Shown here: positions 51,491 through 64,000 of the stretch, piece after piece | How the letters are laid out: each line of letters opens with the position of its first letter | Numbering within the stretch: position 1 is the first letter of the stretch | Source of the DNA: Anthoceros angustus | Lineage: Eukaryota; Plantae; Anthocerotophyta | Length of the DNA: 64,000 nt | Direction of reading: 5' to 3' | Assembly (NCBI GenBank): GCA_010909165.1 | Contig: MU008169.1 | Span: 1,054,001-1,118,000 of the forward strand | The notes under the pieces: generated by a model | The model's database searches: none | Seen by the model: only the letters and a program-made list of their open reading frames with translations | What the model was told of the DNA's origin: nothing | Translations under genes and position numbers: made by a program

Positions 51491-51895
51491 CAGGCGGGGA
51501 AAGAAACTGGATGCGTGATGCCCGCGGCGGGAGCCATTGAGGGCATTCGCGTCGATTTCGGGCATAGGGCGGGGTGCATGGCACACGGGGCACTGGAGGA
51601 TCGCGTCGATATGGGCCTGGGAAATAAGCTATGCCTGGGCTTGTGGACCAGCTCATATGGGCACCAACTCGGACGAGTCCTCGGATGGTGGCTATGAACA
51701 TATGTAGTCTTCAAGCAGTTCATGGATCATGTGAAGAAGCGAAAGAAACTATCTATACAATGTATGTCCCAGGGGAGCAGGGTCCTAGGGACTGAGACAG
51801 GACCGTCGCCGGCCCTCTTCTGTTGCTTTTGCCTCCCGTTCTCGTCGCCTTCGGTTCTTGTCCCTGTTCCTTTAGTGAATCTCGCTCTCAAGGAA

Positions 51896-54045
51896 CTAAT
51901 TCTTGACAAAATCTGATACCAGGGCTGACACTACTTCCGGCTTTTCCACATGTGGTATGTGACCGCTGTCCGGAATGTAGTGCAGAACAGACTTTTGCAG
52001 GTCTGCCTTGAACATCTGTAAAGCCAGCCAGAATTGTCTTTAGCAACAGCAACAGGCTGGGGTGTCAAACCTAGGGTGGGGTAACTAGCAGGTTTCCACA
52101 AGGAATCAGCACAGCAAATGTGAACGAGAACCTCCGGGTACTCTTTAGGAAGAATTTTGTCCTTCTCCCCCCATAGTATTAGAGTCTCCTTCTGCACCTG
52201 CATAGAGTGCATGCACACCCCCAACCCCCCAAAACTTTTCCTTGATGCACTCGTCATCCAATTGCTGCTTTTCATACACGACACAAAGCACAGCTACCGT
52301 GCAGATTGCAGGGTTGCTGCCACAACAGGAAGTGACAGGCAGACCTCTTTTACGTGCGCACTAACATTGTAGCCGCCACTTCGCATGAAGTCAACCAACG
52401 CGTCTGCCCAGCCTGGCATGAGGCAATGCAATCTCCCAACCTGTGAAGTTCAGCAAACCCAACGAACATGAATGTGCACTTGTCAGGAGAGTTTCACCCT
52501 TGGATGACCACAAAGCAAGACGCGACACAGAGACAAAGAGGGTGGGGTAGGCAGTACACGCATGGAGTCGAAGAGGATCTCTGCAGAAAGCTTGCTGAAT
52601 ACCAAAGTATTTGCATACGCCCTTAATGGCACACTCTTGAGAACTGCTGCCTGATTCAATCCATGAAAAGACATTATGACCGAAGAACCGGGGTTAACAG
52701 GCACATCATGCTTCCGAACCGATGCAAATGACGAGAACGTACTCCAATATACGCCAAGTACTTCGGCAGTGCATCTTTGTCTCCAATACCTTCTGCATAT
52801 CCTTGAGCATTTATGAGCACCAGCTTATGGACCTGGAGATAAGCAAATCAGCCAGTCCACTAGAAATTATTCCACAGAGATCCTTTTGTATGGTATGCAT
52901 CATGAGGGCAGTGGATACAGAAAGCTTACGGCATCTGGGTGAGCCAAGGTTAAGTCCAAAGCAGTTGCACCACCAAGGCTTGCCCCGATCAATATGACAG
53001 GCTCTCCAATGTGAGACTTCCAAAACTACAATGCAGACATTTCTGCTTGTTACTTTGCTTCTCGCCTGAGAACATGACATGATAACTGCACAGGGTCACA
53101 CACAACCAATCCATTGAGGTACCTCGTACAGGTGCTCTCGCTTGGCAGCCACTCCAAAGGATGAGATCCCTTTAGCTGCACACAAGATTTTAATCAGCCA
53201 TCACAGACACTTGCTGGCTAGTGGATGAAAGTGTTCTCTGGGATTTAGGTTTCCAGCCTCAACTAGAGATGAGGTGCAGAAATGGCCCCTTGCCTGTGTT
53301 CGAAAATCCCGAGCCAAGGATGTCAATAGCCCAGGGCCGAAGACCAGCCTTCTCAAGCAGAGGGAAAGTCCTCCGCCATTCTAGACACGAGCTACCATGA
53401 GGTCATTACCAAAAGAGGCAAAAGGACAGCAGCTTTAGTTGCAGGCAGTGCAGAAAAACCCCCTAAACTACTGATCTCCAAATGGTAAGGACACACACAA
53501 ACACCCAAAAAGGAAAGCCAAATCCACCAAAGCAAGTATCACCTATCAAACCCATGCAGCAGCATGAGTGGTGGCCAGTCCTTGTGAGCAACCCCAGGCG
53601 CCACGCAACTTGTCAAAATTGGATCAGCGGATAAGCTTGTCTGCCAGGACCAAAATCAGGGGAACAGGAACCTGGAACATGAACCTTACGCAGCAGCATG
53701 CAGCACCAGACGACGACACCACAAAACCTGCACTGGAAGCTGCTGAATCCTGGCAGCCATGTCTCGAGCAGCTCTTTCCTGGAGCTTCTCCACATCAGTC
53801 GGGAGAAAAAGTGGAAAGGTCTCCTCCAGCTTCTCGACCAGCGACACGGCTCTCACAGACACAACGGAGCCCGCCAACCTCCCTCTGCCTGTGACAAAGC
53901 TGGGCACATTCTGCCGTTTCACATTCCAGGGGCTGGGTCCTGACCACGATGACACTGCTGACACAGCTGCCCCTTGTCTTGCTGTGGCAGAGATGCACAT
54001 TGCAGGAACATGACATTCCCTGCACACGCTGCACATCGCTGCCAT
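51896..54045 (-). CDS. Alpha/beta hydrolase with probable plastid transit peptide, multi-exon
   Basis: FPLFLPTDVEKLQERAARDMAARIQQLPVQ, LLHGFD|SCLEWRRTFPLLE...WAIDILG, VGRLHCLMPGWADALVDFMRSGGY, TLILWGEKDKI, GHIPHVEKPE. Confidence 0.85.
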
Positions 54046-54908
54046 CCTTTCCTGGTCACAGCTTGCTGACAATGGGTCGCATGGCCGGCCCCAAGATCAC
54101 CCACCTCCCCAGTACCTTCAGCAGCGAATGAATGTACATGTCACAGGACCCAACTGGAAAACATCCAGCCTTACCTGTTCTCAATTCAAATGCCCTGCAG
54201 CCGGCCAGGCTTAACCTTCCTCGGTATCGCACACGGCTAGGATGCAGCATGAGGAGAGTTTAAGCCAGGTTTATTTTGGAGCGTGGAGAACTGCAGCTCC
54301 CACGGATTGGATTCCGAGTGCCTGATACTTGCCTGCTCGTTCATCGGGGAGACCAAGTTGCATCGGGATCGTTATCTGGAGGATGGTGTCAGGAATTGGT
54401 GACAGTTGCCAGTGAACGCATCGGCGGTGTTGTCGGAAGTGCTGGCTTATCACGTTGGACTGGAGGGCAACGACAGTTGTGTCTGGGAATCATGGTCTCG
54501 GGAAATCCTGTGCGTCGGCCAGCTTAGGTGAGATTGTGAGACCTGCGAGCATGTTGGTTTACTCTAGGTGTTGCAGATGCAAGACTGTGGATAGCCTGTT
54601 GAAGTTTTCGTGAGCTCAATCTTACTTGCTTTTCCCTTGTGGTGTAGTAGCAGACCAGGTTGATTTCTCGCTGCTTTACGGTCCTGTATCTCAGATTGCG
54701 CTTGGTCTGTTTGATCCCTACGGCTTGCCTGCTCGGCAGCTTTAGGTCATATCTGAAAGGGTGCAGACTGACCTGTGGAGAAGGCATGCTGGTGGATTTT
54801 TTCTGTGGATCAGCTTTTGTCTCCTGTTGTCCTGTGTGGTTGATCTAAGGCTTGCAAAACACATGGGAAGATGCCTCGTTCGTGGACACTGAGTGCTTTT
54901 TCTGACGA

Positions 54909-56123
54909 ATGGTCTATGCTCGATTTCTCCAGGTGGAAGCAAGGTGTAGTGTGATCATGTCGGGATCTATGCACCGAGCTCGGGTGGGAACACTTATCCT
55001 GCTCCAAAGACTACAGATCCAGATGCTCCAGAAGTACAGAGCAGTTTCCAGGCACTGCTCGATCAGGTCGAAGGTTCTGGGAGTCATGGTGCTTTGCCTT
55101 CTGGCCGGCTCACCGATAATGTGGTCATGGAACGTATTCGAAGGAGACTATGTTTCATCTTTTTCCCGTCCACGTGATTATGTTGCACTCAATCCTACCC
55201 TAGAAGAAGTTGGTGAGGCAGAGTTTGTGTGGCAAATTCCACAGAAAGCGAAGGCTGTACTTCTCCTTGCACATGGATGCCGCTGCAAGGCAACATACTT
55301 TTGGGACCAGCATGTGAATTGCACAACGTGTGTTGGCTTTCCTGAAGAGCGGCGTCTGGTTTTGGAGGCTTTGCGGAGGCATTATGCAGTCATAGCTATT
55401 TCCAGCCAAGGAAATTGTTGGAAAGATGGAGACAAGTACTATGTGAAGGACGTACTGCAGTCTTGGATTCAGAGAAAAGGATTAGAAGGGCTTGCTGTCA
55501 CAGCTCTGGGAGCTTCATCGGGAGGTTACTTTGTGTCAAGCCTTGCATTGGAGGTTGAGTTCAGGTCCCTTGTCATCATGATTTCATCAGGAAGTTTCCA
55601 CGCTTCCCAACCGATCAAGCCAACCTACCCTCCCACTCTGTTCGTGCACATGCCTAAGGATGCAGCAATGGCTGCAAGAGTAAGCAGTTCCATTCGGCTC
55701 CTGACAAAAGCTGGTGTGCTGACGAACGAGGTGAAATGTTTCCCGCTGCCTCTGACTCCCTCATTTTTCACTGAGAATATCCCAGGTCTGAGTGCGAGGA
55801 TGTCATCAAGGTTATTCCGTGCATTAAAGGATAGCGGGCTCCTGAATCGGAAGAACTTCCTGAGGCTGGATGGCCGCTACTCACACTGGCAGGCTGTCGC
55901 GACGAAGCGAAAAGTGTTGCCAACGGTACCTCCCAAAGGAAGACTGAAGTTCGAGTTTCAAATACAAGAGGAACTAAATCGGGCATATGGAGAGCACGAA
56001 ATCACCAGTCAGGAGTCGAAAGCAATATTTGACTGGCTGGATGACCCCACTTCTGCTGTGGGTGCAACGACCAAGACCGATCACCAGTCTGAAGTCCAAA
56101 GCAATCTTGGAGTGGCTGGATGA
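54909..56123 (+). CDS. Uncharacterised plant alpha/beta-hydrolase-fold membrane-anchored protein
   Basis: Uninterrupted 404-aa ORF with a TM-like segment, LLAHGC, CTTCVGFPEER, nucleophile-elbow-like GASSGG, YPPTLFVHMPKD and GEHE. True start uncertain. Confidence 0.8.
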   Translation: MVYARFLQVEARCSVIMSGSMHRARVGTLILLQRLQIQMLQKYRAVSRHCSIRSKVLGVMVLCLLAGSPIMWSWNVFEGDYVSSFSRPRDYVALNPTLEEVGEAEFVWQIPQKAKAVLLLAHGCRCKATYFWDQHVNCTTCVGFPEERRLVLEALRRHYAVIAISSQGNCWKDGDKYYVKDVLQSWIQRKGLEGLAVTALGASSGGYFVSSLALEVEFRSLVIMISSGSFHASQPIKPTYPPTLFVHMPKDAAMAARVSSSIRLLTKAGVLTNEVKCFPLPLTPSFFTENIPGLSARMSSRLFRALKDSGLLNRKNFLRLDGRYSHWQAVATKRKVLPTVPPKGRLKFEFQIQEELNRAYGEHEITSQESKAIFDWLDDPTSAVGATTKTDHQSEVQSNLGVAG

Positions 56124-57543
56124 CCCCGCCTCTGCTATGGGTGCAATAACCTAGACCGTCTGACGTTACTTCTTTCTCTGCACAAAGAGGTGTCAGGTTG
56201 ATTAGCAGCCAGTTTACAGCGAAGAGACAACGATGACTTACGTGCTTTGCTCCTGTGTGGCCTGGAATGACAAGTTATCTGGCAAGCTGTACAGTACTTA
56301 GCTTCTACAGACAGTGACCCTCATTGAATTGGACTTGCTTGGTCGAATAAAGAGAGCCCCTGTGAGTTCAAAGGGTGCTGTTGTCAAGCACATCCTCTTG
56401 TTTCGGCTGTGTTGGCAACAAATTGGCGATTCACTTGGTAGCTCATTACCTAGTATGGCAGCCCTGGACTGCATGGTAGAAAGTTGCATATCCACAAAGG
56501 AATGAAGACATACACAAGGGTTGCAACTGTTGTCCAGCTGCCATCCCTGCAGGCATGCTAGTGTGGCCTCACCTTCCACATAACCAGCCTGTCCTGCCTC
56601 CTCTTCTACGTGCAGAGCTAGTTGGATACTCCAGGAGCGGATCGAGGGAGCTCGAACTCCTGAACCCGACGTGCTGGCCCTGCACCACCCACTTCTCTGC
56701 GACGGGAGATGAAAACGAAAATAACCTGCGGATTGAACAAGAAAGAGCACTCTTCCTCCGTCCCGTAATCCATAATTTCGTTGTTATCATCATCTCGCTC
56801 CTTGTTGGCCAAGACTGCGTGTCCCGAAGGACGAGGTCAAGAAGAAGCGTTTGATGTCTTGTAGTCTGGCCGCTTGGTTAATTAGCATCGTTAGTGCGAC
56901 AACAAGATGTGTTAAGTTCAGTTAGTTCATTTTAAGTATTTACCTTTATGGAAATTATCAGGTCCTAGTACTTTAGGTTCTCGGTCGACAGTCTTTAAGT
57001 ACGTACACTTCCGGAAAAGTTTAGATTTCATATTCTTACCAAAGCCACACTCCCGGACGGAATGTAAGTGGCCTTCTGATTTCCACCTATCTAGTTCGAC
57101 CTCATGGGTATCCCCTACAGGCTGTGGCACTTAGAGATGTAGGTTAGGCATATGTACCCAATTTGTTCGGTAATCTACCTTCAAGTATTAGTTATCACTC
57201 TAACTTAGCCAGATATCTTTCAAGAACTTAAAATACATATCTCAAACACCCATGTATTTTATGGCAGCTTCTTAAAACCTAACCTAATATACCTAGCATG
57301 CCCCTTCTCTATATAATTGAGACCTTATATTCATTCCTATATTCAAAGGACAACCTCTTTTACTTCTCGTAAAGCTTAAAATTAGTTGTATATATTTGGC
57401 TTGTAATATCTGATATTTATTCATATTTTTAAAGATAACCTCTTTTACTTCTCGTAAAGCTTGAAATTAATTGTGTATATTCGGGATTAATATCTTTTAT
57501 ATGAGAATTTTATAAAGATTGATTATCTATTTATTTCTTTAAA

Positions 57544-58863
57544 ATGAATAATTCCCCTGTCCGAAGGCCAAGGACCTTTTCCCCTTCAGCGGATGTTTGG
57601 AATTCCTCAACCACCGAAGGCGATGTTGGAGTGAACAATGTACCTCTCAATCCTCCGGTAAATGCAGCCACTAAGATAAGTGCATATTATAGGGTTTAGG
57701 GTTTTAGTTGCAAATTGGGTGTTATAAGATTATGGTTAATGATTTAGTGCAAAGTTTTTTCTTAAATCTTATTTTTTGTCTTTTTACAGGAGGAAAACCT
57801 TCAAAATTATCACTTGGGCCAAAACAATAATATAGACAAAAAAAGAAAAGAAAGGAAGGTGGACAAGACTAATGAAGAGTACTGGAAGGAGAAAGGATTA
57901 CATAGCGGTGGCATACGTTTGAATCAAAAGTCACAGCTTTGTGATCTAACACCTGATGACGTGCTCTTGAGATATTTCGGTAGAGCGCAGGGGTATTTGA
58001 CTCTAGATCTTCATCAAAATCTGACTAAAAAGATGAAGGAAAGGATGGAAACTTTATACGAACAAATTTTTGACAAGCCTTTAGATTGGAATGAAGGCAA
58101 GATTAGTGTCAAGTTTGGGCGAGCCTTTCTTGCTCATGAGCTCCGAAGGACCGAAGTTGATTGGGCTCACTATGCTATGTCTGAACACATTCGTATTTTA
58201 AAAAGAAATGATAGGAGAATGCAAAGAAAGCGAAAACGAAGGGTAGATAGTGATCACGACATTGAAGGTTTTGAAAATGACCTACACCAAAACGAGGAAG
58301 CTGAAGCTGGCACTTTGAAATTTGGATACAGGTCGCACGAAGACTTCTGCAAGAATGTCAGGTCTAACTCACATAGAGCTGAATACATAGAAGGTGCCGT
58401 GACAGTAAAGGTGGGTCAGATGTTTGATAAGCATTGGGGAACCAAGATGTCTAACAATAAAGGGCGAGACAGTCTTTCAATTCAGTTCAATTCAGACGAA
58501 TCTAAAGTGAAGCAGGACAAGGAATTCCTAAAAGAGGGACTTGATCTTGCCGATAAAAAATACAAACACTTTGAGGATGAAATGCGTTTGACAAAGCGCA
58601 TGGAGGCAAACAATGCCACAATGCAGCACCTTGGAAACTCTGAGACTAATCGTCGTGCAGCTTGGAACAAATGGAACGTCGACGTGGAAAAATGGTTTGA
58701 ACACTTGAAGTACAAGTCGATGCGGGATACCCTCGCTCAAAGGCTTAGTAGGCTCGAGGTCCCGTCCCAAGTTACAATACCCCATAATGAAGACCTTGAG
58801 GACGCAGCTTCCTCTTCTGAACAAGATTTTGTTGTGAGTTGTCAAGACTCGACAGATCATTGA
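57544..58863 (+). CDS. Hypothetical protein (probably TE-associated); likely short exon 57544-57658 plus long exon from 57790
   Basis: 349-aa open frame in AT-rich context, preceded by a TTTTTACAG acceptor. NLS-like RKRKRR. No family recognised. Confidence 0.55.
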
Positions 58864-59099
58864 TAACAAGGTCTCCTTAGGACTGGTGACGGCTCCTGGT
58901 CACTAGTTGGAAGGGTGGTGGACACAGGGTCTAAAGGTTCACAAAAGCCACCCAAAACCATGTTTTCCTGATTTCATTAAAAAAAAAAACTCCTGAAGCT
59001 AGGAGCAAATCATAGAGGGATCTGTTTTCCCGTATTTGTATGTCTCATCTCATATTAGTTTGGCTAACCAGGTACATTGCCTATAAACGCAGATTTGAA

Positions 59100-62000
59100 A
59101 ATCGGCAATTTGTATGGACAACCAAAAGCAAACGCGCAATGGAAAGTCCACATGTGTTGTCCACCGTCATGGTCGCCCTCTGCATTAGTGGGGAGGGTCG
59201 TGGTGGCACCGGACGCCTGCATAAACCTTGCATCTCCCGCCCAATGTCGCTGCGGAGTGGAGGAAGATTTCGACCGCCTACCGCTCATGTCTCATACCCG
59301 CGACCCCCGCCCGCGAATCGCTTTGGAAGTGGCTTGCCACGCCTCGAATATTTGCAAGCGATGGAGACCCCACCTCCGACCATCAAACGAGAATTCCACA
59401 TGGGCGATGGAAATTGGAAGTTGACGTGGTGGCAATCACAACATGGGCAGTTCCTTTCAAGCACGCTGAGTGATCCCGCCCGCTTCATTGCTTGGTCCTT
59501 AAGGAATTTCGTTGAGGCGGAGTCGGTGCAACAAACTCGCGACATCACAGGTAACGTGTTGATCAACACCGGATTCCACCATCGGGGTTGGAGCGGTGAA
59601 TGGTGTGGAGGCAAAGGAGCACCGACATGTCCAGTGTACTTACCGTGGTCAAGGATAAAATTGAGAAAGTCATACATGTGTGTACCGAGGCGTGTTAGTG
59701 CGACTATCTGTGAAAGCGATTGATCATCGCCGATTTCAACATTGTCAGATTATGAGTGTTTCGTGAAATGATTGTCAGATCATCATTGTCTCTGTGAAAT
59801 CCTTACCTTGCCTGACTGTGCAGCAACAAACGCCCATGTTCTCGATCATCAATACCCGGCCAATCATGTTGAACACATTCTGTAATCGCCACCACTCCCA
59901 TGCTTCCTAGCTTGCTCCACCAAAGACCGTGTTCGTTGTCTAGGTCCGCCTGGACCTTGCCTGATGTGATGTTGTGTTCATAGCCCGCTTGCATGCACGA
60001 CCAAAGTGCGATACCACCGTCCGTGCTTAAGACCCCACACCGTTCCTCCTACCGTAATCCTCAAACAAACACGTAGCCTATCCACCGTCCGCACGACACA
60101 CCTCGATCCGTGAAGCAAAGTTTTCCAATCCTACATCCCCACCATCCGGCCGAAGCACCCGAGGAGGGTGCTCTTCGCCTCCTTCACTTGCCGCCTCGCA
60201 TCCCCAAGGACCATTGAGTTGTCGCTGCTGCTTCACCACATGCCATATGACCCTTGGTCTCGGGCTTCCTCGCTGGTCTCGCTTCAACGACATATGAACC
60301 CCGGCACCACCATGTTGTTCACCATGGGCTCCTTATTGAACGTCTTCCGCCTCCATAGCCAGCTCCTCGCCCACCTCCTCCTCTTCGGCCACCGTCCATG
60401 GAATTGATTCAAGGTCCATGAATTGAGCGCACTGGATCCACATCAATGTAAATGACATTACGGCATAATCGAATAAATGCTATCATACCCGAGATCCCCG
60501 CGACCTCCAAAGACCCAATCTCCTCATCACAATCAACCTCTTCAAGAGTCTTAGGGGCTTCGATAGGGGAAACAACCCGATCATCCGCAGTGTTGTAACA
60601 CAATTTTAGTTCCACCGCGCTCGCAAAACACAGTTGTCACCCACCGCCAAGTTGCGCGGTTCTCGAGCACAAACGGTTGAGGCACACAATCCTTATCCAA
60701 GCTCGCGCAAGTGAAAAGTCCTCGTGATCGACACCCTCCGACAATGTCACATTGGTTTTATGCCGAATAGTCGCCACAAAGACCGCACGCTTCCATCAGA
60801 CTTCTCTCACCATAGATGTGTCATCCGGAGAATGGAAGACCACAATACGAAATACCGGGATGTGGTGATGCCTTTGAACCGCATGATGACCCCTTCAAAC
60901 TCGCCTTGGTAAATCTTGTGTCATACTCGTGATTGGGGATCTAGATCCAAGCCTCGGGAGGTCTAACAACAACAAAGCATACGGTGGCTCTACAAACCGG
61001 GCCATGTTCACTATGTTCCACGATCCCGACCTTGCCGGGTTTTTCGCTTGGAGTCGCTCACGATTGTCACACCTTATCCTCGGTGTGGTCGATTTCAAGG
61101 CACGCTATGACTCCTCCATCCGCTTCCAAGCTCGCCTTGAATATGTGCTCCTTGAAGTTCTCGGTGGGGCACCCCACTCAAGGCAAGTGTTGGCACAGAC
61201 ATGAAAGACACATCCCCACCAATCAAATGCAAGCGGACGTTCTCTTCGAATGTACGGTGTGAATGCCTCCACTTCCATGACTTATAAGGACAAGAAAGAC
61301 AAGAGAGAAACTCGATTTGGGTATAGCTAAGTGTTCATCGAGGACTGACCAGATTTTTGAAGGCAGGGTGGAAGTTACTAATTTGATTCACCATGCAGTA
61401 ATCGGGATATCGCTTCGAACCTCTTCAAATGTCTCACAGTGCAAATGCTTGGCCAGTGTAACATGGATGAGGTTGAGTTTTTTGGCCTTGTCCACCCACA
61501 CGAACATTTGTTTCAATGTCAATTCTCCAGCCAGGACTTTCATGCATGTTGTCTTCAAGTTGTTGTTCCACAGATCGCTCGATGCCTGAAACACTTCCAT
61601 ACCCTCACCGTATACTAAGCTCCTTTGTGTCAATGACCAAGTTTGCTCTAACTGCCGTTGTCTTCCTTGAATTCTGGCCTCGACTGCTTTGTGAGAGCCC
61701 GAGCTTCCACCGCCGTGCAACGCTTGCCTCCACTTCTCAAAGATTTCATCCACGCATTTCCACACCTCATCATCAACCTTCGCAACACAATAATCCGTCC
61801 GGTTGTCCACGAGGCGGTGATAGTGACCTTAGGTCCATGCTTGGTCGCATCCCACTTAGGAACCCCGCCACCGGGCATATATCTCAACTTCGGTCTAAGT
61901 CACACTTGACCCATCAGCTGGCCTTCATCTCGATTCGATGTACCTCACACGGTCGATGAAAGTAAAAGTCTTCCGGCATCCGCAATGGTGTTGTGATCTG

Positions 62001-62500
62001 GCAACTAACCTCATCTCCTCATTTGTGAGGCCAAGAAGAACATATGCATCCATCCAGCATTTTGAACCAATGGATACAAGTCGGCTAGTCTAGATCCTGG
62101 AAGGAATGATTCCTCCCAATACATAAAATTTGTACACCCCGATCCACCTTATCCATGTCAAAGAAGTTCTTGTTGGGACCTGGGCCGGGTCTACAATGAC
62201 AATCATGGGCACACCACCACCACGTGGAATGCTTCATCTTTTGCATCAAAGCCTCCACCCAAGCCAGTCTAGCTTACGATTTTGCCAAACCGACATAGTT
62301 CTTCCGAGGTCTACCGCTGATGGACAGCTTTAACGTGGACTCCCATACTCTCTTTCCCGCAATTGCCTCTCGCAACATCTCTCCCCTCATCGTCTAGCTC
62401 ATCGTCATCCGTGGCTACAACCATCCTTGGCCTTCTCTATGAACTTTGGGAGCTCTTCGCCCCTCTCGGACATCATGTGCCATGCCCGCTTACTTGTTGA
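59100..62500 (-). mobile_element. Decayed large TE-like coding region with Ulp1-like and amino-methyltransferase-like traces
   Basis: Broken minus-strand ORFs include LLLLDLP (60895-61098), SPIEAPK...EVAGISGMIAFIRLCRNVIYIDVDP (60409-60615) and VDNTCG near 59150. Confidence 0.35.
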
Positions 62501-62549
62501 CCTTCCCACCCCTCCCTCCACGCCGATTGCCGACTCTCAATCCCTTCCT

Positions 62550-63862
62550 CTTTTTCCTCGATTGTCTACCCGAATCGGCTGACTTGAACCCTTCGAGTGC
62601 CATGGACCCAAATCCCGGTCCGTTGCATCCACCTCCGCCCCATCGTCATCTTCCACGTCTTCGTCGTGGGGCTCGGATATGATCCACCGGCCTCGGGCCA
62701 TCGGCGAATGCCATCGCCAAACCCCTCATTGTCGGTCCCCACCCGCATCCTCATCTTCGTCTTCACGGCCAGAGAGGTTAGGGTGACATCATCGCAGACC
62801 ATGGGCTAGGAAAAACCAGCTGGAGTGTGGGCGGACTGTTGCTTGGACTCACCGGACGTCCGTGGCTCGCAACCCTCTTACCAAGAGCTTTCATTTCGCA
62901 AACTAGTCAAACGTGTCCCGCTGAATTATATTTTGTGCCACCACCTTTTGTTGCGTTTCATGCGCGCGTGCATGCATGGCGGTTGCCAACGACACCGCAG
63001 TGGATGGATTTGCTGATCCCATTCCGCACTAGGAGTTGCCATTTGATTTCCACTCGCAGATGCCATGCTAGGGGCCTTCTCGCAACAAGATGCCCTTTCG
63101 ATGTAAGCAATGCATCATCCCGCACACCTTCTAAACATTGCTGGTGCAAAGCCTTGTGGAAGACACGATGTCCATCACCGTGTCGCAATGCCTCAAAGTT
63201 CTTGCCTTTTCCTCGATTGTCTACCCGCAATCGGTGACGGCTTGAACCCTTCGAGTGCCATGGATGACCCAAATCCCATCCACCTCACCGCCCCATCGTC
63301 ATCTTCCACGTCTTCGTCGTGGGGCCCGGATATGATCCACCGGCCTCGGGCCGCCGTGCCATCGCCAAACCCCTCATTGTCTGGTCCCCACCCGCATCCT
63401 CATCTTCGTCTTCGTCGGCTAGAGAGGTTAGGGTGACATCATCGCTGACCATGGGCTAGGAAAAACCAGCGGCTTGAGTGTGGGCGGACTGCTTGGACTC
63501 ACCGGACGTCCGTGGCTCGCAACCCTCTTACCGGCTTTCATTTCGCAAACTAGTCAAACGTGTCCGGAATTATATTTTGTGCCACCACCTTTTGTTGCGT
63601 TTCACGGCGCAGATCATGCATATCGGTGGCGGTTGCCAACGACCGCCTGCAGTGATGGATTTGCTGATCCCATTCCGCACTAGGAGTTGCCATTTGATTT
63701 CCACTTGGCGCAGATGCCATGCTAGGGGCCTTCTGCAGCAAGATGCCCTTTCGATGTAAGCAATGCATCATCCCGCACACCTTCTAAACATTGCTGGTGC
63801 AAAGCCTTGTGGAAGACACGATGTCCATCACCGTGTCGCAATGCCTCAAAGTTCTTGCCTTT
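62550..63862. repeat. Tandem duplication of about 650 bp with many small indels
   Basis: TTTTCCTCGATTGTCTACCCG...CAAAGTTCTTGCCTTTT occurs twice (about 62552-63210 and 63207-63862). Confidence 0.9.
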
Positions 63863-64000
63863 TCCGCTGGTTGGCACGCCACAATGTCAAAGTTCTTCAC
63901 CGCAGATCAGACTTTAACTCTAATCCATTGCGGTCCGCATTTAAGAGGCTCCTTGTGCTTGAGCCAGATCAAGAATATGACGACACCGCTCATCCTTCGT

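Noticed and set aside
56298-56854. Short ORFs on both strands
   Set aside because: No recognisable motif or consistent exon structure could be supported.
1-64000. tRNA, rRNA or prokaryotic operon/defence systems
   Set aside because: None recognisable. The genes are spliced plant nuclear genes.

Overview
Eukaryotic, gene-dense land-plant DNA with short (about 80-170 bp) GT-AG introns. A bryophyte-type genome such as a hornwort is plausible, but that is inference. Intact-looking genes: a secreted GC-rich beta-helix (pectin-lyase-fold-like) protein, mitochondrial-type ribosomal protein L21, a pPLAIII-type patatin, TAF4B, a carbonyl-reductase-like SDR, an SCPL51-like serine carboxypeptidase, two alpha/beta-hydrolase-fold genes and an unknown 349-aa ORF. 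TAF4B has spawned a local family of truncated RST-region derivatives. These lack introns 2-4 where the exon junctions are present, and two of them are fused tail-to-tail as an inverted repeat. Mobile DNA includes an LTR gag remnant with a PBS, a CRE/R2-like LINE remnant split by a 3.4 kb non-autonomous TIR element, a hAT remnant beside several tandem arrays, and a decayed element at 59-64 kb with Ulp1-like and amino-methyltransferase-like traces. The most striking structure is the first ~14.5 kb: a same-orientation patchwork of four local donor sequences, where ten consecutive junctions share exactly 9 bp. This is either an unusual pointer-like rearrangement or, more likely, a k-mer-graph consensus or shuffling artefact.
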